This document shows positions 8,689 through 18,115 of a stretch of DNA of 64,000 bases, piece by piece. Where the stretch lies: contig JBDRML010000029.1 of assembly GCA_043812195.1 (NCBI GenBank), positions 14,212 through 78,211 on the forward strand, read 5' to 3'. Both the position numbers and the translations under genes were made by a program. The stretch comes from Candidatus Woesearchaeota archaeon (GTDB lineage: Archaea > Nanobdellota > Nanobdellia > SCGC-AAA011-G17 > PNOQ01). The first letter of the stretch is position 1. Each line of letters opens with the position of its first letter. The notes beneath the pieces were generated by a model. It had not been told where the DNA came from, did not search any database, and saw only the letters and a list, made by a program, of their open reading frames with translations.

Positions 8689-10056
8689 TCATATAGTATA
8701 AAGATTAAAACATTCCGATATAATTGTTTCACTCTCAGACAAAATACACTTTAAAACTTCTTTATAAGAATCACCACTTTTTATTAAGTAACCAACACAA
8801 CCCCCAAAAAATATGCTATCTGTTGGATAGTATAGTACTTTAAAAATAGAACCTTTATTAGTAAATGGTAGAGTAACATTACCCTCATCAAAATCGCTAT
8901 TAATAGTAGTAAAATCATAATAAGGCTTTAGCTTAACATGCCCCCATATATAATCAACCTGAAAATCTTCATAAGATGGCAGAGATAATTCTTCACCGAG
9001 AGCAATTTTTAATTCTAACTCAATCAGATTAATTTTATTAGACATTAGGACATTACATAAATATCCGCCCTGCCTTCTAGGATTAAGATCTACAGTATAA
9101 AGATTATTTTTACTATCTACAATAAAATCAAGTCCGAAAACTCCTCTAAAACTAGAAAAAGACATATAATTTCCAATTTTTTTTGAAACTTCAATTATTT
9201 TATCTTTTATTTCATCACTTAGAATAGAAGGATAAATATTTCCAAGATATTTATGCTGTCTCAATATTTGATCAGTTATACAAATAATTTGAGTTTTATT
9301 TTCACCAAGAACTATACAACTAACATTTGGCGAATGTTTAACATCTTTTATTAATTTAGACACAACAAATTTATTATATTTATTATTTAATCTAAGATTA
9401 GAATTAAATTTTTCAAGATCCTGTTTACTAAAAATTGGTCCATTCTCAAATCCTCCAGAACTATAAGTAGCAGAGATAAAAAAAGGATATCTCTCTTTTT
9501 CTTCTATATCTGTTATATTCTCATAAATCTTCGATTCATTTCTAGGAAGATTTAATTCTTTAAAGACATTGATTTGTTCAACCTTACTATCAAATCTAAA
9601 CACAATTTCTGGTTTTGGGCCCAAAAAGATTATTTTGGGATTATCAAAACTAAAGAAAACATTAGTCCAACTAAGGATAAAAATTCTATCTTGCTTCTCT
9701 GCTAATCGATCAATTATATTCTTTACAGTCTTAGAATTAGAAAACAATCTATTTAAATCGTCTGGCTCCTCCTGAATACACAGATTGTTCCCCCTATTTT
9801 TTAAATCACTAAACTTTTCTTCAATGAGAGTATTAATTATAATATAATTTTCTTTATCTTTCATAAGACTTTCTTTTTGTTTCGTAGACAATACCCATAT
9901 TGGCTTAAATTTCTTATTAAACCTTTTTTCTAGCTCATTAATCCAAAGTCCTACCATAGCCTCAAACCTATCTGTCAAAAATGAGAAAAAATATTCATAA
10001 TCATCGGAAAATATGCCTTCTTTTAGCTTTTTTTCTATTATTCCTTCCATATTCAT
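8689..10056 (-). CDS. ATP-grasp family ligase
   Basis: FRGVFGLDFIVDSKNNLYTVDLNPRRQGG is a typical ATP-grasp C-terminal core. It is co-oriented with, and 47 nt upstream of, the nitroreductase gene. Confidence 0.65.
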   Translation of the reverse strand: MNMEGIIEKKLKEGIFSDDYEYFFSFLTDRFEAMVGLWINELEKRFNKKFKPIWVLSTKQKESLMKDKENYIIINTLIEEKFSDLKNRGNNLCIQEEPDDLNRLFSNSKTVKNIIDRLAEKQDRIFILSWTNVFFSFDNPKIIFLGPKPEIVFRFDSKVEQINVFKELNLPRNESKIYENITDIEEKERYPFFISATYSSGGFENGPIFSKQDLEKFNSNLRLNNKYNKFVVSKLIKDVKHSPNVSCIVLGENKTQIICITDQILRQHKYLGNIYPSILSDEIKDKIIEVSKKIGNYMSFSSFRGVFGLDFIVDSKNNLYTVDLNPRRQGGYLCNVLMSNKINLIELELKIALGEELSLPSYEDFQVDYIWGHVKLKPYYDFTTINSDFDEGNVTLPFTNKGSIFKVLYYPTDSIFFGGCVGYLIKSGDSYKEVLKCILSESETIISECFNLYTI

Positions 10057-10262
10057 AATCTTAAATTTATATTAATTTATAAATTTATATGAACCCTAAA
10101 ATCTAATTAACAATTCCATCAACCTTGCCAACCACCATATTTAGTTACTGACAAAAGTAAGTTATATTAATATATCTTAGAAATAGCTTAAGGTGTTAAA
10201 TAATGGAAAAATCTTTAATAGTTTTTATATTTTATTTATGTCGTAAACTAATTAATAGAAAC

Positions 10263-10272
10263 TTTTATAAAA
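10263..10272 (+). promoter_or_regulatory. TATA box for rps2 (leaderless-type spacing)
   Basis: TTTTATAAAA lies 23 nt upstream of ATG 10295. The same aaaCTTTATAAA pattern recurs before many first genes in the window. Confidence 0.55.
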
Positions 10273-10294
10273 GCCTCATATCCTCAATCTCACT

Positions 10295-10894
10295 ATGACA
10301 GAACAAAAATTACTAATGCAATTGGATGATTATCTTAAAGCTGGAATTCACATTGGAACTAGATTTAGAACTAAATTCATGTCAAAATTTATATATAAAA
10401 TAAAACCAGATGGATTATCAGTTTTAAACGTAGAACAAATTAATATCAGATTAATACTAGCAGCCAATTTACTAAGCCAATACGAACCAAAAGACATATT
10501 AGTTGTATCAAGAAGAGAAAATGGTTGGAAGCCTGTAAAATTGTTCTCAAAGGTAACAGGAATTAAAAATTTCACAGGTAGATATCCACCAGGAATTTTA
10601 ACTAATGTCCAACTAGAAGACTTTGTGGAAACAAAATTAATTCTAGTAATAGATCCGATTCCAGATAAAAATGTAATTAAAGACGCAGAAAAGCTAAGTA
10701 TTCCAGTAATGGCTTTATGTGACACAAATAACGAGCAAACAAGCATAGACTTAGTTATTCCTTGCAATAATAAAGGCAAAAAAAGTCTAGCATTAATTCT
10801 ATATGTTTTAGCAAGAGAATATGCAAAATCAAAAGGGATTATAAAATCAGATAAAGACTTCAAATATACAGTTGATGATTTTACATCAGAATAA
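10295..10894 (+). CDS. rps2: Ribosomal protein uS2
   Basis: YLKAGIHIGTRFRT...VVSRRENG...FTGRYPPGILTN. Confidence 0.9.
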   Translation: MTEQKLLMQLDDYLKAGIHIGTRFRTKFMSKFIYKIKPDGLSVLNVEQINIRLILAANLLSQYEPKDILVVSRRENGWKPVKLFSKVTGIKNFTGRYPPGILTNVQLEDFVETKLILVIDPIPDKNVIKDAEKLSIPVMALCDTNNEQTSIDLVIPCNNKGKKSLALILYVLAREYAKSKGIIKSDKDFKYTVDDFTSE

Positions 10895-10952
10895 AATTAA
10901 AAATTAGCCAAAAATCCCCTATTAAAATCTCGTACATACTTTTCTTTAGTGG

Positions 10953-11150
10953 TCAGTCTTCTTCTCTACGTCTTTTTCTGTTAAATGATGTCTCTTCATT
11001 ATACCCCTGCATAAAACCTTCTTCTTCAGGGGAGATTGAGTCGTCATTAATTGCTTCTTCGACACCATCTTCACCATATACATCAAAGTCACTAGTCTCA
11101 AAGTCACTAAATTTTTCGTCCTCTTCATAAAATTCGTTTGGCTTAGCCAT
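10953..11150 (-). CDS. Small, highly acidic hypothetical protein (65 aa)
   Basis: ATG start with a D/E-rich sequence and an RKRRREED tail. I chose it over the overlapping ORF 10946..11173, whose composition is less protein-like. Confidence 0.35.
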   Translation of the reverse strand: MAKPNEFYEEDEKFSDFETSDFDVYGEDGVEEAINDDSISPEEEGFMQGYNEETSFNRKRRREED

Positions 11151-11235
11151 TTCTGAATGTGGTATGAAGTCATATATAAAGTTTATGAAAAAACAATAAT
11201 CTTTATAAAGGAAATCAGATTTTATCTATTTTAAA

Positions 11236-12045
11236 ATGAGATATTCAGCTTACAGTGATATATTATATAATAAATCTTTCGATGATTTAGATAAACAGAT
11301 TAAAGAGTGTTTTTATACAGATTTAGGACCTGGTGACTTACCATCAAAGAGAGAAAACAGAAAAGTTTTTGGCATTATATCTCCAAATTCAGAATATAAA
11401 TACTCTGGCGCTTGTGCAGCATGGGCATTTAAGGAATTAGCAGAATCAGAATTTCAAGATACCTACATAATCTTAGGAACAGACAAAAACAATACCTCAT
11501 GTTATATCTCAACAGAAGACTGGGAAACCCCATTAGGAAAAGTTCAGATAGACAAAGAACTAGCAAATGTTTTAATGAGTAATTTAAATTTTATAAAAGA
11601 AAATAATGATATACACAAAGATAAACATGAAATAGAAGTTCAATTACCTTTTTTACAATTTGTTTCAAAAGATAAACTACATGAACTAAAAATACTTCCA
11701 ATAACAATAGGAAAAATAACAATAGAACAAATGAAAGAATTTGCAGATCTGCTAGAAAGTTTAGACAGACAAATATGTGTAATAGCTAGTACAAATTTAA
11801 CAAGAAAAGAAGAATCCAACAAAAAAATAATAGCAGCAATAAAAGAAATGGACTCAAAAGAAGTTTTAGCAGCACTAGACGAAGAAAGACAAAGCATAGA
11901 TAGCATAAACTCAATACTAACTTGCATAGAAATTTCAAAAAGTTTCGGATCAAAATGGGCAAGATTATTAAGAGAGTATCATTCTTCAAAAGTAAAAAAA
12001 GATTTTAATAGTGCAACAGGCTACGCTGCAATAAGTTTTGAATAA
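11236..12045 (+). CDS. MEMO1 / AmmeMemoRadiSam system protein B-like
   Basis: GIISPNSEYKYSGACAAWAF resembles the PHAGYxYSG motif, but the His is replaced by Asn. Confidence 0.6.
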   Translation: MRYSAYSDILYNKSFDDLDKQIKECFYTDLGPGDLPSKRENRKVFGIISPNSEYKYSGACAAWAFKELAESEFQDTYIILGTDKNNTSCYISTEDWETPLGKVQIDKELANVLMSNLNFIKENNDIHKDKHEIEVQLPFLQFVSKDKLHELKILPITIGKITIEQMKEFADLLESLDRQICVIASTNLTRKEESNKKIIAAIKEMDSKEVLAALDEERQSIDSINSILTCIEISKSFGSKWARLLREYHSSKVKKDFNSATGYAAISFE

Positions 12046-12050
12046 AAAAG

Positions 12051-12458
12051 ATGAAAATAATTCATAAAGAAGAAGTGATAATAGACAATGCAAAAATATC
12101 CTCGGCCCTGAATGGATTAATGTTCTCAAAAAAATTAAAAATCAATCAAGCTATAATAATTAAAAGAAAAAGAGAATCAATATTAGATTCAGCAATCCAT
12201 ATGTTATTTGTTTTTCAAAAATTAAAAATTATATGGCTAAATGAAAATAAAGAAGTAGTTGACGTCAAAACTGCACACCCATTTATTTCTTTCTTAAAAC
12301 CAAAAAAGCCAGCAAAGTATATCATAGAAATGTGTCCAGAAAATAAATTAGTTGACAATCTAATAGGAGAAAAACTTGAATTCACAGTAAATGGGAAAAA
12401 TAATGAAGCTGTTATTGAATTGATTAAAAACGCATTAGAAAATGAAAGAAATGCATAA
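12051..12458 (+). CDS. DUF192-like protein
   Basis: GLMF motif, about 135 aa, with a beta-rich pattern typical of COG1430 proteins. Confidence 0.55.
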   Translation: MKIIHKEEVIIDNAKISSALNGLMFSKKLKINQAIIIKRKRESILDSAIHMLFVFQKLKIIWLNENKEVVDVKTAHPFISFLKPKKPAKYIIEMCPENKLVDNLIGEKLEFTVNGKNNEAVIELIKNALENERNA

Positions 12459-12545
12459 ATGATGAATTCCTTATTTCATAGTGATATCACAAATTATTTA
12501 TAAAATAAAAAATTGTTTATATTCAAATTGGGGAGGTGCTTGTAA

Positions 12546-15500
12546 TTGTTTACAAAAAAGTGGACTAAATTACTAATCCTTGTTGTAGCAACTTTATTCA
12601 CAACTTTTATAGGCTCCGGTACTGATACGGGTGCTTTTGATATTAATTTTATACTTGGTAAAGATATCACAATCAATAATATAAATGCAGGTTCTGATAA
12701 TGTGATAATAAGCTCAAAAGAAATTAAAAACATAGATGATTCTAATGCCTTAGATAAATTTACACATTTAAAAGGGTTTAAGGATATAAGTTTTGATGTT
12801 TCTTCTTCTAAGGGTTTTAATGTTGATGAAATTAAGGAAGTTTATGTTTCTTCTGAAGATAAAGTTGAAAGTACCTTTAAATTGAATAATTTAGAAATAA
12901 TTACGAAATACAAAGAAATAGATACTAGTTTTTTTAATAGAGCACAAAAACCAATAAAACAAACCTATATTATAAAAAATTTATTAAATGAACCCAGAAA
13001 CATAAAATTAAATATAAAATATGAGATCGATTCTGATGTTGTAACTTGGAATAATATAGAATATGAAATTACTAAAGAATCTAAATATTTTAAAGCCTTT
13101 TATGCTGAAGGGTCCTTTCCTGAAATAGATGAACCTTCCTTAACTGGTCATATTTTATATTTTGATCATAATTATTACGATTTTAAAGATATTGTCAATT
13201 TAGATTATAAAATCTCTGTTTACTCCAGTAATAAAAAAAATTATATTTATTTAGAAATTAATTTTAATATTGATAGATTAGAAGAATTTGTATTAGATCC
13301 AGAAATAGGATGGACAACTAGAGTAATAGATAACTCTGCTTATGGCACAGAATATGTTTATGCTATAGATATAAATAATGATGTAGATGTTGATGTAGTG
13401 GCTAATATATGGGATGATGACAAGATAGTTTGGTATGAAAATGATGGTTCTAATCCCCCGACTTGGACTAAAAGAGATGTAGGTGCAATTGATTCTCCAT
13501 CTTCTGTTTATGCAGAAGATTTGGATGAAGATACTAACGTTGATGTTTTAAGCACTGCCCATTTTGATAATGTTTTGTATTGGTATGAAAATGATGGTTC
13601 TAATCCCCCTAGCTGGACAAGGTATACAATTGGTAGTGGATTAGATCACCCACGCTCTGTTTACGCAACATACATAGATGGAGATGAATATATAGATATT
13701 GTAGTAGGAGATGGTTATGATTCCCCTAGTACTGGGAATGTATATTGGTATGAGAACAATGAAGATTCGCCTCCGACTTGGACTCGCTATACTATTGATA
13801 GCTCTCTAGACGTAATTACTTCTGTTTATGCAATAGATATAAATGGTGATAATGATATTGATGTTGTAGCAGGATCCTGGATGGATGATACAGTAAGATG
13901 GTATGAGAACCCGACTTGGACCCCTAGGGACATAACTACCTTAGCAAATGGGGTACGTTCAATTTATGCAATAGATATAAATGGGGATGAGGATATAGAT
14001 GTTCTCTCTGCAGATCAATATAATGATGATATAGCTTGGTATAAGAATGACGGTTCTGATCCACCAAGCTGGACAAGATATATAATTAACTCTTCTATTG
14101 ATTCTCCTCTTTGGGTTTTTGCAAAAGATTTAGATAAAGATGGAGATGCAGATGTAATTGCTTCCAGCCAAACAGAAGATGTGGTAGTGTGGTATGAAAA
14201 TGATGGTTCAAGCACTCCGACTTGGACTGCACATACAATAACGAGTTCTGCTGATGGTGTACGTGGAGTTTATGCAATAGACTTGGATGAAGATAGTGAT
14301 GTTGATGTTGTGAGTGCTTCTTATTTTGATGATACAGTGAGATGGTATAAAAGCGATTTTATTAATTGTGGAGATGGTCTTTGTAACAGTGGTGGTGGAG
14401 AAAATCCAGAAAATTGTCCAGATGATTGTGATTATAAGTATACTTATTTATGGATTCCTTTTGGGAATTGGAGTTCACAAGAAGAATTTGAAAATGCTGT
14501 TGAAGCAAGAGCAGATTTCTTTATGGATATCTCTCCATTAGGAGATTGTAAGAAGTTTATTAATAATATTCCAGTTCCTGTTTCGTGGGTCAACAATTGG
14601 TGTCCATATGTTAAGGAAGAGTCTAAAGCTTCTTTACTGACCGATACTTATTTATGTGCAGAAACATATAGGCTTCTTTCCAATCCTATTTTTTATGAGA
14701 AAGCAATAGGTCTTTCTAAAGATCATTTTTGTTTTGATGGTGGAGGACACTGTAGAGGGATATCTAGAAGGGGGTCAAGATATGCTTATGCTGAAACACC
14801 ATACTGGCTAAATCGTTTAGAAGTTCCTGCCCATGAATTAGGTCATGCTTATTCTTTATGTGATGAATATAATTATGCAAACTGGAGTAGCCAAAATAGT
14901 AGCTGGTTAAGTGGGATATGCCCTAATCTTTGGGAGGACACATATGATGAAGATAATCCAATTAACCACCCATGTTCTACTTCTGATGACGGAAAATGTA
15001 TAGATAGTGGTTGGTGTTGTGGCTCTCGTTCTTATAGTAATTATTCTGGAATTTATACTGCTAGTGGAAATAATTGTAGTGATGGAGGAGATTTGTATAA
15101 CGTTATGGGTTATGGTGCTACAAAAAGAAGGTGTGGGTATAGTTATGGTTCTTATAATAAGTTAGGGGAATTCTTAGATTGTTCTGGAGCAAGGGATGAA
15201 GAAGAAACAAATATAGTTCATTTAACATTTGAATTTAATATATCCAATCCAACACAGGAAAATGTGTCTTTAGATGAAATTTATACTTATTATGATTATC
15301 TTCCTGCTGTATCTACTGAAGAATCTCTTTACGAATTAAAAATTTTAGATGGAAGCGAAATAATGGTGCACTCCGAGAACTTACAAGTATTTTATTTTGA
15401 ATTTGTTGATTATGATTATGAATTTTTCAATTCAACAGGAGGTTCAATCAATGAAAAAAATGATACTTTCACAACAGTGGAGTTAGAATATAATTCATCT

Positions 15501-15992
15501 TACGAAATATTGCAAGTATTTAAGAATGATACTCTTATTTATGAAGAGAATATTTCTACCTTGCTCTGTAATGAAAATGATGTTTGTGATGGAAAGGAAA
15601 ATTATTTTAGCTGTTCTCAAGATTGTTCTTCTGGTAGTCAAGATGGAATATGCGATAGACAAGATGATGGAATATGCGATCCAGACTGTTCCGAAGGTGC
15701 AGATTTAGACTGTCAAATATATGGTTTTGAGTTAAAATATCAAAATTTAACTGAAACAATTTTTTCATTTAATTTATTAAATAACCTTACTAATCAGTTA
15801 AATATATCTTGGAATTTAACAATAGGAGATGGCAATAAAATATCTTCTAATCTTATTGGATTAGAATCGGATGAAACAATATTTAATTATGTAAATTATA
15901 ATTATTCAAGTGCTGGAAATTATTTGGTTAATTTATTTACATATAATTCAACTACTATAATTGATAATAAAACTATTAATATTACAATATAG
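12546..15992 (+). CDS. Large secreted protein: signal peptide, 7 FG-GAP/VCBS-like propeller blades, HExxH zincin domain and Cys-rich modules
   Basis: TTG start lies 8 nt after GGAGGTG, followed by a hydrophobic N-terminus. There are seven D-x-D-x-D...WYENDGS..P.WT repeats. HELGHAYSLCDEY is at about 14830. CGDGLCN..ENCPDDCD and CDGKENYFSCSQDCS modules are present. Confidence 0.7.
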   Translation: MFTKKWTKLLILVVATLFTTFIGSGTDTGAFDINFILGKDITINNINAGSDNVIISSKEIKNIDDSNALDKFTHLKGFKDISFDVSSSKGFNVDEIKEVYVSSEDKVESTFKLNNLEIITKYKEIDTSFFNRAQKPIKQTYIIKNLLNEPRNIKLNIKYEIDSDVVTWNNIEYEITKESKYFKAFYAEGSFPEIDEPSLTGHILYFDHNYYDFKDIVNLDYKISVYSSNKKNYIYLEINFNIDRLEEFVLDPEIGWTTRVIDNSAYGTEYVYAIDINNDVDVDVVANIWDDDKIVWYENDGSNPPTWTKRDVGAIDSPSSVYAEDLDEDTNVDVLSTAHFDNVLYWYENDGSNPPSWTRYTIGSGLDHPRSVYATYIDGDEYIDIVVGDGYDSPSTGNVYWYENNEDSPPTWTRYTIDSSLDVITSVYAIDINGDNDIDVVAGSWMDDTVRWYENPTWTPRDITTLANGVRSIYAIDINGDEDIDVLSADQYNDDIAWYKNDGSDPPSWTRYIINSSIDSPLWVFAKDLDKDGDADVIASSQTEDVVVWYENDGSSTPTWTAHTITSSADGVRGVYAIDLDEDSDVDVVSASYFDDTVRWYKSDFINCGDGLCNSGGGENPENCPDDCDYKYTYLWIPFGNWSSQEEFENAVEARADFFMDISPLGDCKKFINNIPVPVSWVNNWCPYVKEESKASLLTDTYLCAETYRLLSNPIFYEKAIGLSKDHFCFDGGGHCRGISRRGSRYAYAETPYWLNRLEVPAHELGHAYSLCDEYNYANWSSQNSSWLSGICPNLWEDTYDEDNPINHPCSTSDDGKCIDSGWCCGSRSYSNYSGIYTASGNNCSDGGDLYNVMGYGATKRRCGYSYGSYNKLGEFLDCSGARDEEETNIVHLTFEFNISNPTQENVSLDEIYTYYDYLPAVSTEESLYELKILDGSEIMVHSENLQVFYFEFVDYDYEFFNSTGGSINEKNDTFTTVELEYNSSYEILQVFKNDTLIYEENISTLLCNENDVCDGKENYFSCSQDCSSGSQDGICDRQDDGICDPDCSEGADLDCQIYGFELKYQNLTETIFSFNLLNNLTNQLNISWNLTIGDGNKISSNLIGLESDETIFNYVNYNYSSAGNYLVNLFTYNSTTIIDNKTINITI
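13300..14355 (+). repeat. Seven tandem in-frame repeats of about 150 nt (propeller blades)
   Basis: tggtatgaaaatgatggttc recurs at about 13431, 13584 and 14192, with diverged copies between. The repeats are coding, not a CRISPR array. Confidence 0.85.
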
Positions 15993-16004
15993 GGGTGATA
16001 ATAA

Positions 16005-16286
16005 ATGAAGAAGAAGAAAAATTATTGGGTATGGATTTTTTTAGTTTTAGTAATAATGGTGGTGATAATTGGTGTTGTATCATATTTTGACGCTATAAAC
16101 ATAACGCCTCCCCCACCGAGTGTTATTGATGCAGGAATAATATGTTCTGAGCTAGAACCAAATTCTGCCAAAGAAGAATATTGCCATCAATTTTGTATTG
16201 AAAGGGGTTCAGGTCCTCATGGTGGTTATGATTGTAATGGTGACAATGGAACGTTAAGATGTCATTGTCCAATATACTTAGACTAA
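16005..16286 (+). CDS. Small secreted or membrane-anchored Cys-rich protein (93 aa)
   Basis: KKKK followed by a hydrophobic helix, then 6 Cys within 45 aa (C..C...C...C...C.C). Confidence 0.5.
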   Translation: MKKKKNYWVWIFLVLVIMVVIIGVVSYFDAINITPPPPSVIDAGIICSELEPNSAKEEYCHQFCIERGSGPHGGYDCNGDNGTLRCHCPIYLD

Positions 16287-18106
16287 TGAAGAAATATAAG
16301 ATAAAAGGAAAGAGAACATCTTTAGTAATTATTTCTCTATTCCTAATTATATTTTCTTTAGCTTTCTCAACCATATCAGCAGATAGCCAAATAGGCTACG
16401 AACACACAGACAACTTCCTACACACATGGAATCAAAATCCTTTAGGAGAGGCAGAAGCTAATATCTGGCAGAATGTAAATTCTAATTACATGCAATTCTT
16501 TAATGGTAAGAATATAACAGATGCAATAGAGAGGTCAGGTTGGGTTAATTTTGTTTTTGGATTAGGATATTATCAAGGTGGAAGTTTCAAAACATTTGAA
16601 AGTGATGTATTAAGTAATCCAATCGTTATAATTGAATCTGATAATTCTACATACTGGAATCAATCTGTATATAAATCTGAGGCATTATGGGGTGCTGGTT
16701 GGAATAGAGAACAATCATTAAATGATTTGTTTATGGAAAATACTTTCTGGTGGGATACTAATTTTGAATCACCACACCAGCTTTACTATGTCTGGAAATT
16801 TAAAGATATAAATATCCTTAATGATAATTCAGACGACATATTTAGATACTGTTATGATGAAATAATATCTAATGAATCAGTAACGAGACATTGCCCAGAA
16901 GTAGCAATAGACTCTACTTCTTCATTTGAAGAAAATATAGTAGACAGCTTCCAGATAATAGACAGTAAAACAAAAGTAGGACATTACATCACTTGGGATG
17001 AAAATGATAACATAATTTTAAGATATGATGGTGATGGTGAGCCTATGCTATTAAGGAAAATAGAAAATCTACAGGGTTATGATGAGATTAAATATAATTG
17101 GATAGACGCGGGTCAGCCAATATGTGAAAATGGTCTTGACGCTGATGGAAGTGCTATTATGTGCAATTATCATAATGAATCAGGCTCAGGTTATATTTAT
17201 TACTATGCGACTTTAATGAGTTCTGGTTATTTAGCTTACATAGATGTTAATTTAAAGATTGGAGAGAGAAGAGTTGTATCTAATTCTACTGAATACAGAG
17301 GTTATTATTTATTTGATACTAATACAAGTGGCATTCCTGAAGGATCTAATATTACAGCTGTTTCTATATGGCATGGAGTTCCACCAGTTCCTTTTGCTAC
17401 TGGTACTGTTTCAGATTGGAGAAGTGGGTTTTATACTTGTGGTGATGATTGTATAATGGATGATGGAGGAATAAATAATACTGAAACTGAATTTAATGAT
17501 GGTAATTATACTACTTTAATTGATTGGGACGACGATACAGGAAAACATAGTCCTATATGTGGAGGAAATGAACCTTGTGAAAGTTTAATAATGCTGGGTG
17601 ATGATGTAAATGACATAGCAGTGAAAGATTTTCAAGAAGCATTTGATAATAATAGGTTTTACTCAGTTGTTATAAGAGACGCGTCCTTATGGTCTTCTGA
17701 CGAAGAGTGGTGGCATTTATCTGACGGAGTTGATAGTAATGGAGCAGATTCTACGAATATGACTTATTTAAAAATTAATTTTACAGCCCCAGATTATGTT
17801 TATAATGAAACAGAAGCAAGAGACGCTATATCAGAAGGAATTAATAATACAATACCAACAGCAACCCAATATCAGGACCAGCAGATTTATACAGTTACAT
17901 TAAACAATACTCAGACTACAGGATATTTTGATTTTATAGCTATTTTAAACAATCAGACATGGGCATTTAATTATTTAACTGGAAGCGATTCTTATACTAA
18001 TGTTAATTCTTTAAGTTATATTGTCAATGTCTGGGAAAACGAAAAATTAAACTATGATGAAATTGTTACTCAAGTAGAGAGTTTGATAAATGATACAAAA
18101 ATTTGA
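16286..18106 (+). CDS. Secreted hypothetical protein rich in N-x-S/T sequons
   Basis: I place the start at ATG 16286 (TAATG overlap with the upstream stop), giving MKKYKIKGKRTSLVIISLFLIIFSLAFS, a signal-like N-terminus. Confidence 0.55.
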   Translation: MKKYKIKGKRTSLVIISLFLIIFSLAFSTISADSQIGYEHTDNFLHTWNQNPLGEAEANIWQNVNSNYMQFFNGKNITDAIERSGWVNFVFGLGYYQGGSFKTFESDVLSNPIVIIESDNSTYWNQSVYKSEALWGAGWNREQSLNDLFMENTFWWDTNFESPHQLYYVWKFKDINILNDNSDDIFRYCYDEIISNESVTRHCPEVAIDSTSSFEENIVDSFQIIDSKTKVGHYITWDENDNIILRYDGDGEPMLLRKIENLQGYDEIKYNWIDAGQPICENGLDADGSAIMCNYHNESGSGYIYYYATLMSSGYLAYIDVNLKIGERRVVSNSTEYRGYYLFDTNTSGIPEGSNITAVSIWHGVPPVPFATGTVSDWRSGFYTCGDDCIMDDGGINNTETEFNDGNYTTLIDWDDDTGKHSPICGGNEPCESLIMLGDDVNDIAVKDFQEAFDNNRFYSVVIRDASLWSSDEEWWHLSDGVDSNGADSTNMTYLKINFTAPDYVYNETEARDAISEGINNTIPTATQYQDQQIYTVTLNNTQTTGYFDFIAILNNQTWAFNYLTGSDSYTNVNSLSYIVNVWENEKLNYDEIVTQVESLINDTKI

Positions 18107-18115
18107 AGTTTTTAT

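Noticed and set aside
10946-11173. 75-aa ORF overlapping the acidic 65-aa ORF on the same strand
   Set aside because: Only one of the two can be real. This frame gives an unremarkable basic and hydrophobic mix with no start context. Both calls remain weak.
13300-14355. Regularly spaced DNA repeats that could be mistaken for a CRISPR array
   Set aside because: The repeats are about 150 nt, diverged, in frame, and encode propeller blades of one long ORF. There is no short conserved repeat and unique spacer organisation. I saw no CRISPR array anywhere in the window.
16259-16285. Track start at 16259 for the 615-aa secreted protein
   Set aside because: It overlaps the end of the upstream Cys-rich gene by 28 nt. 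ATG 16286 (TAATG coupling) yields a proper signal-peptide N-terminus.
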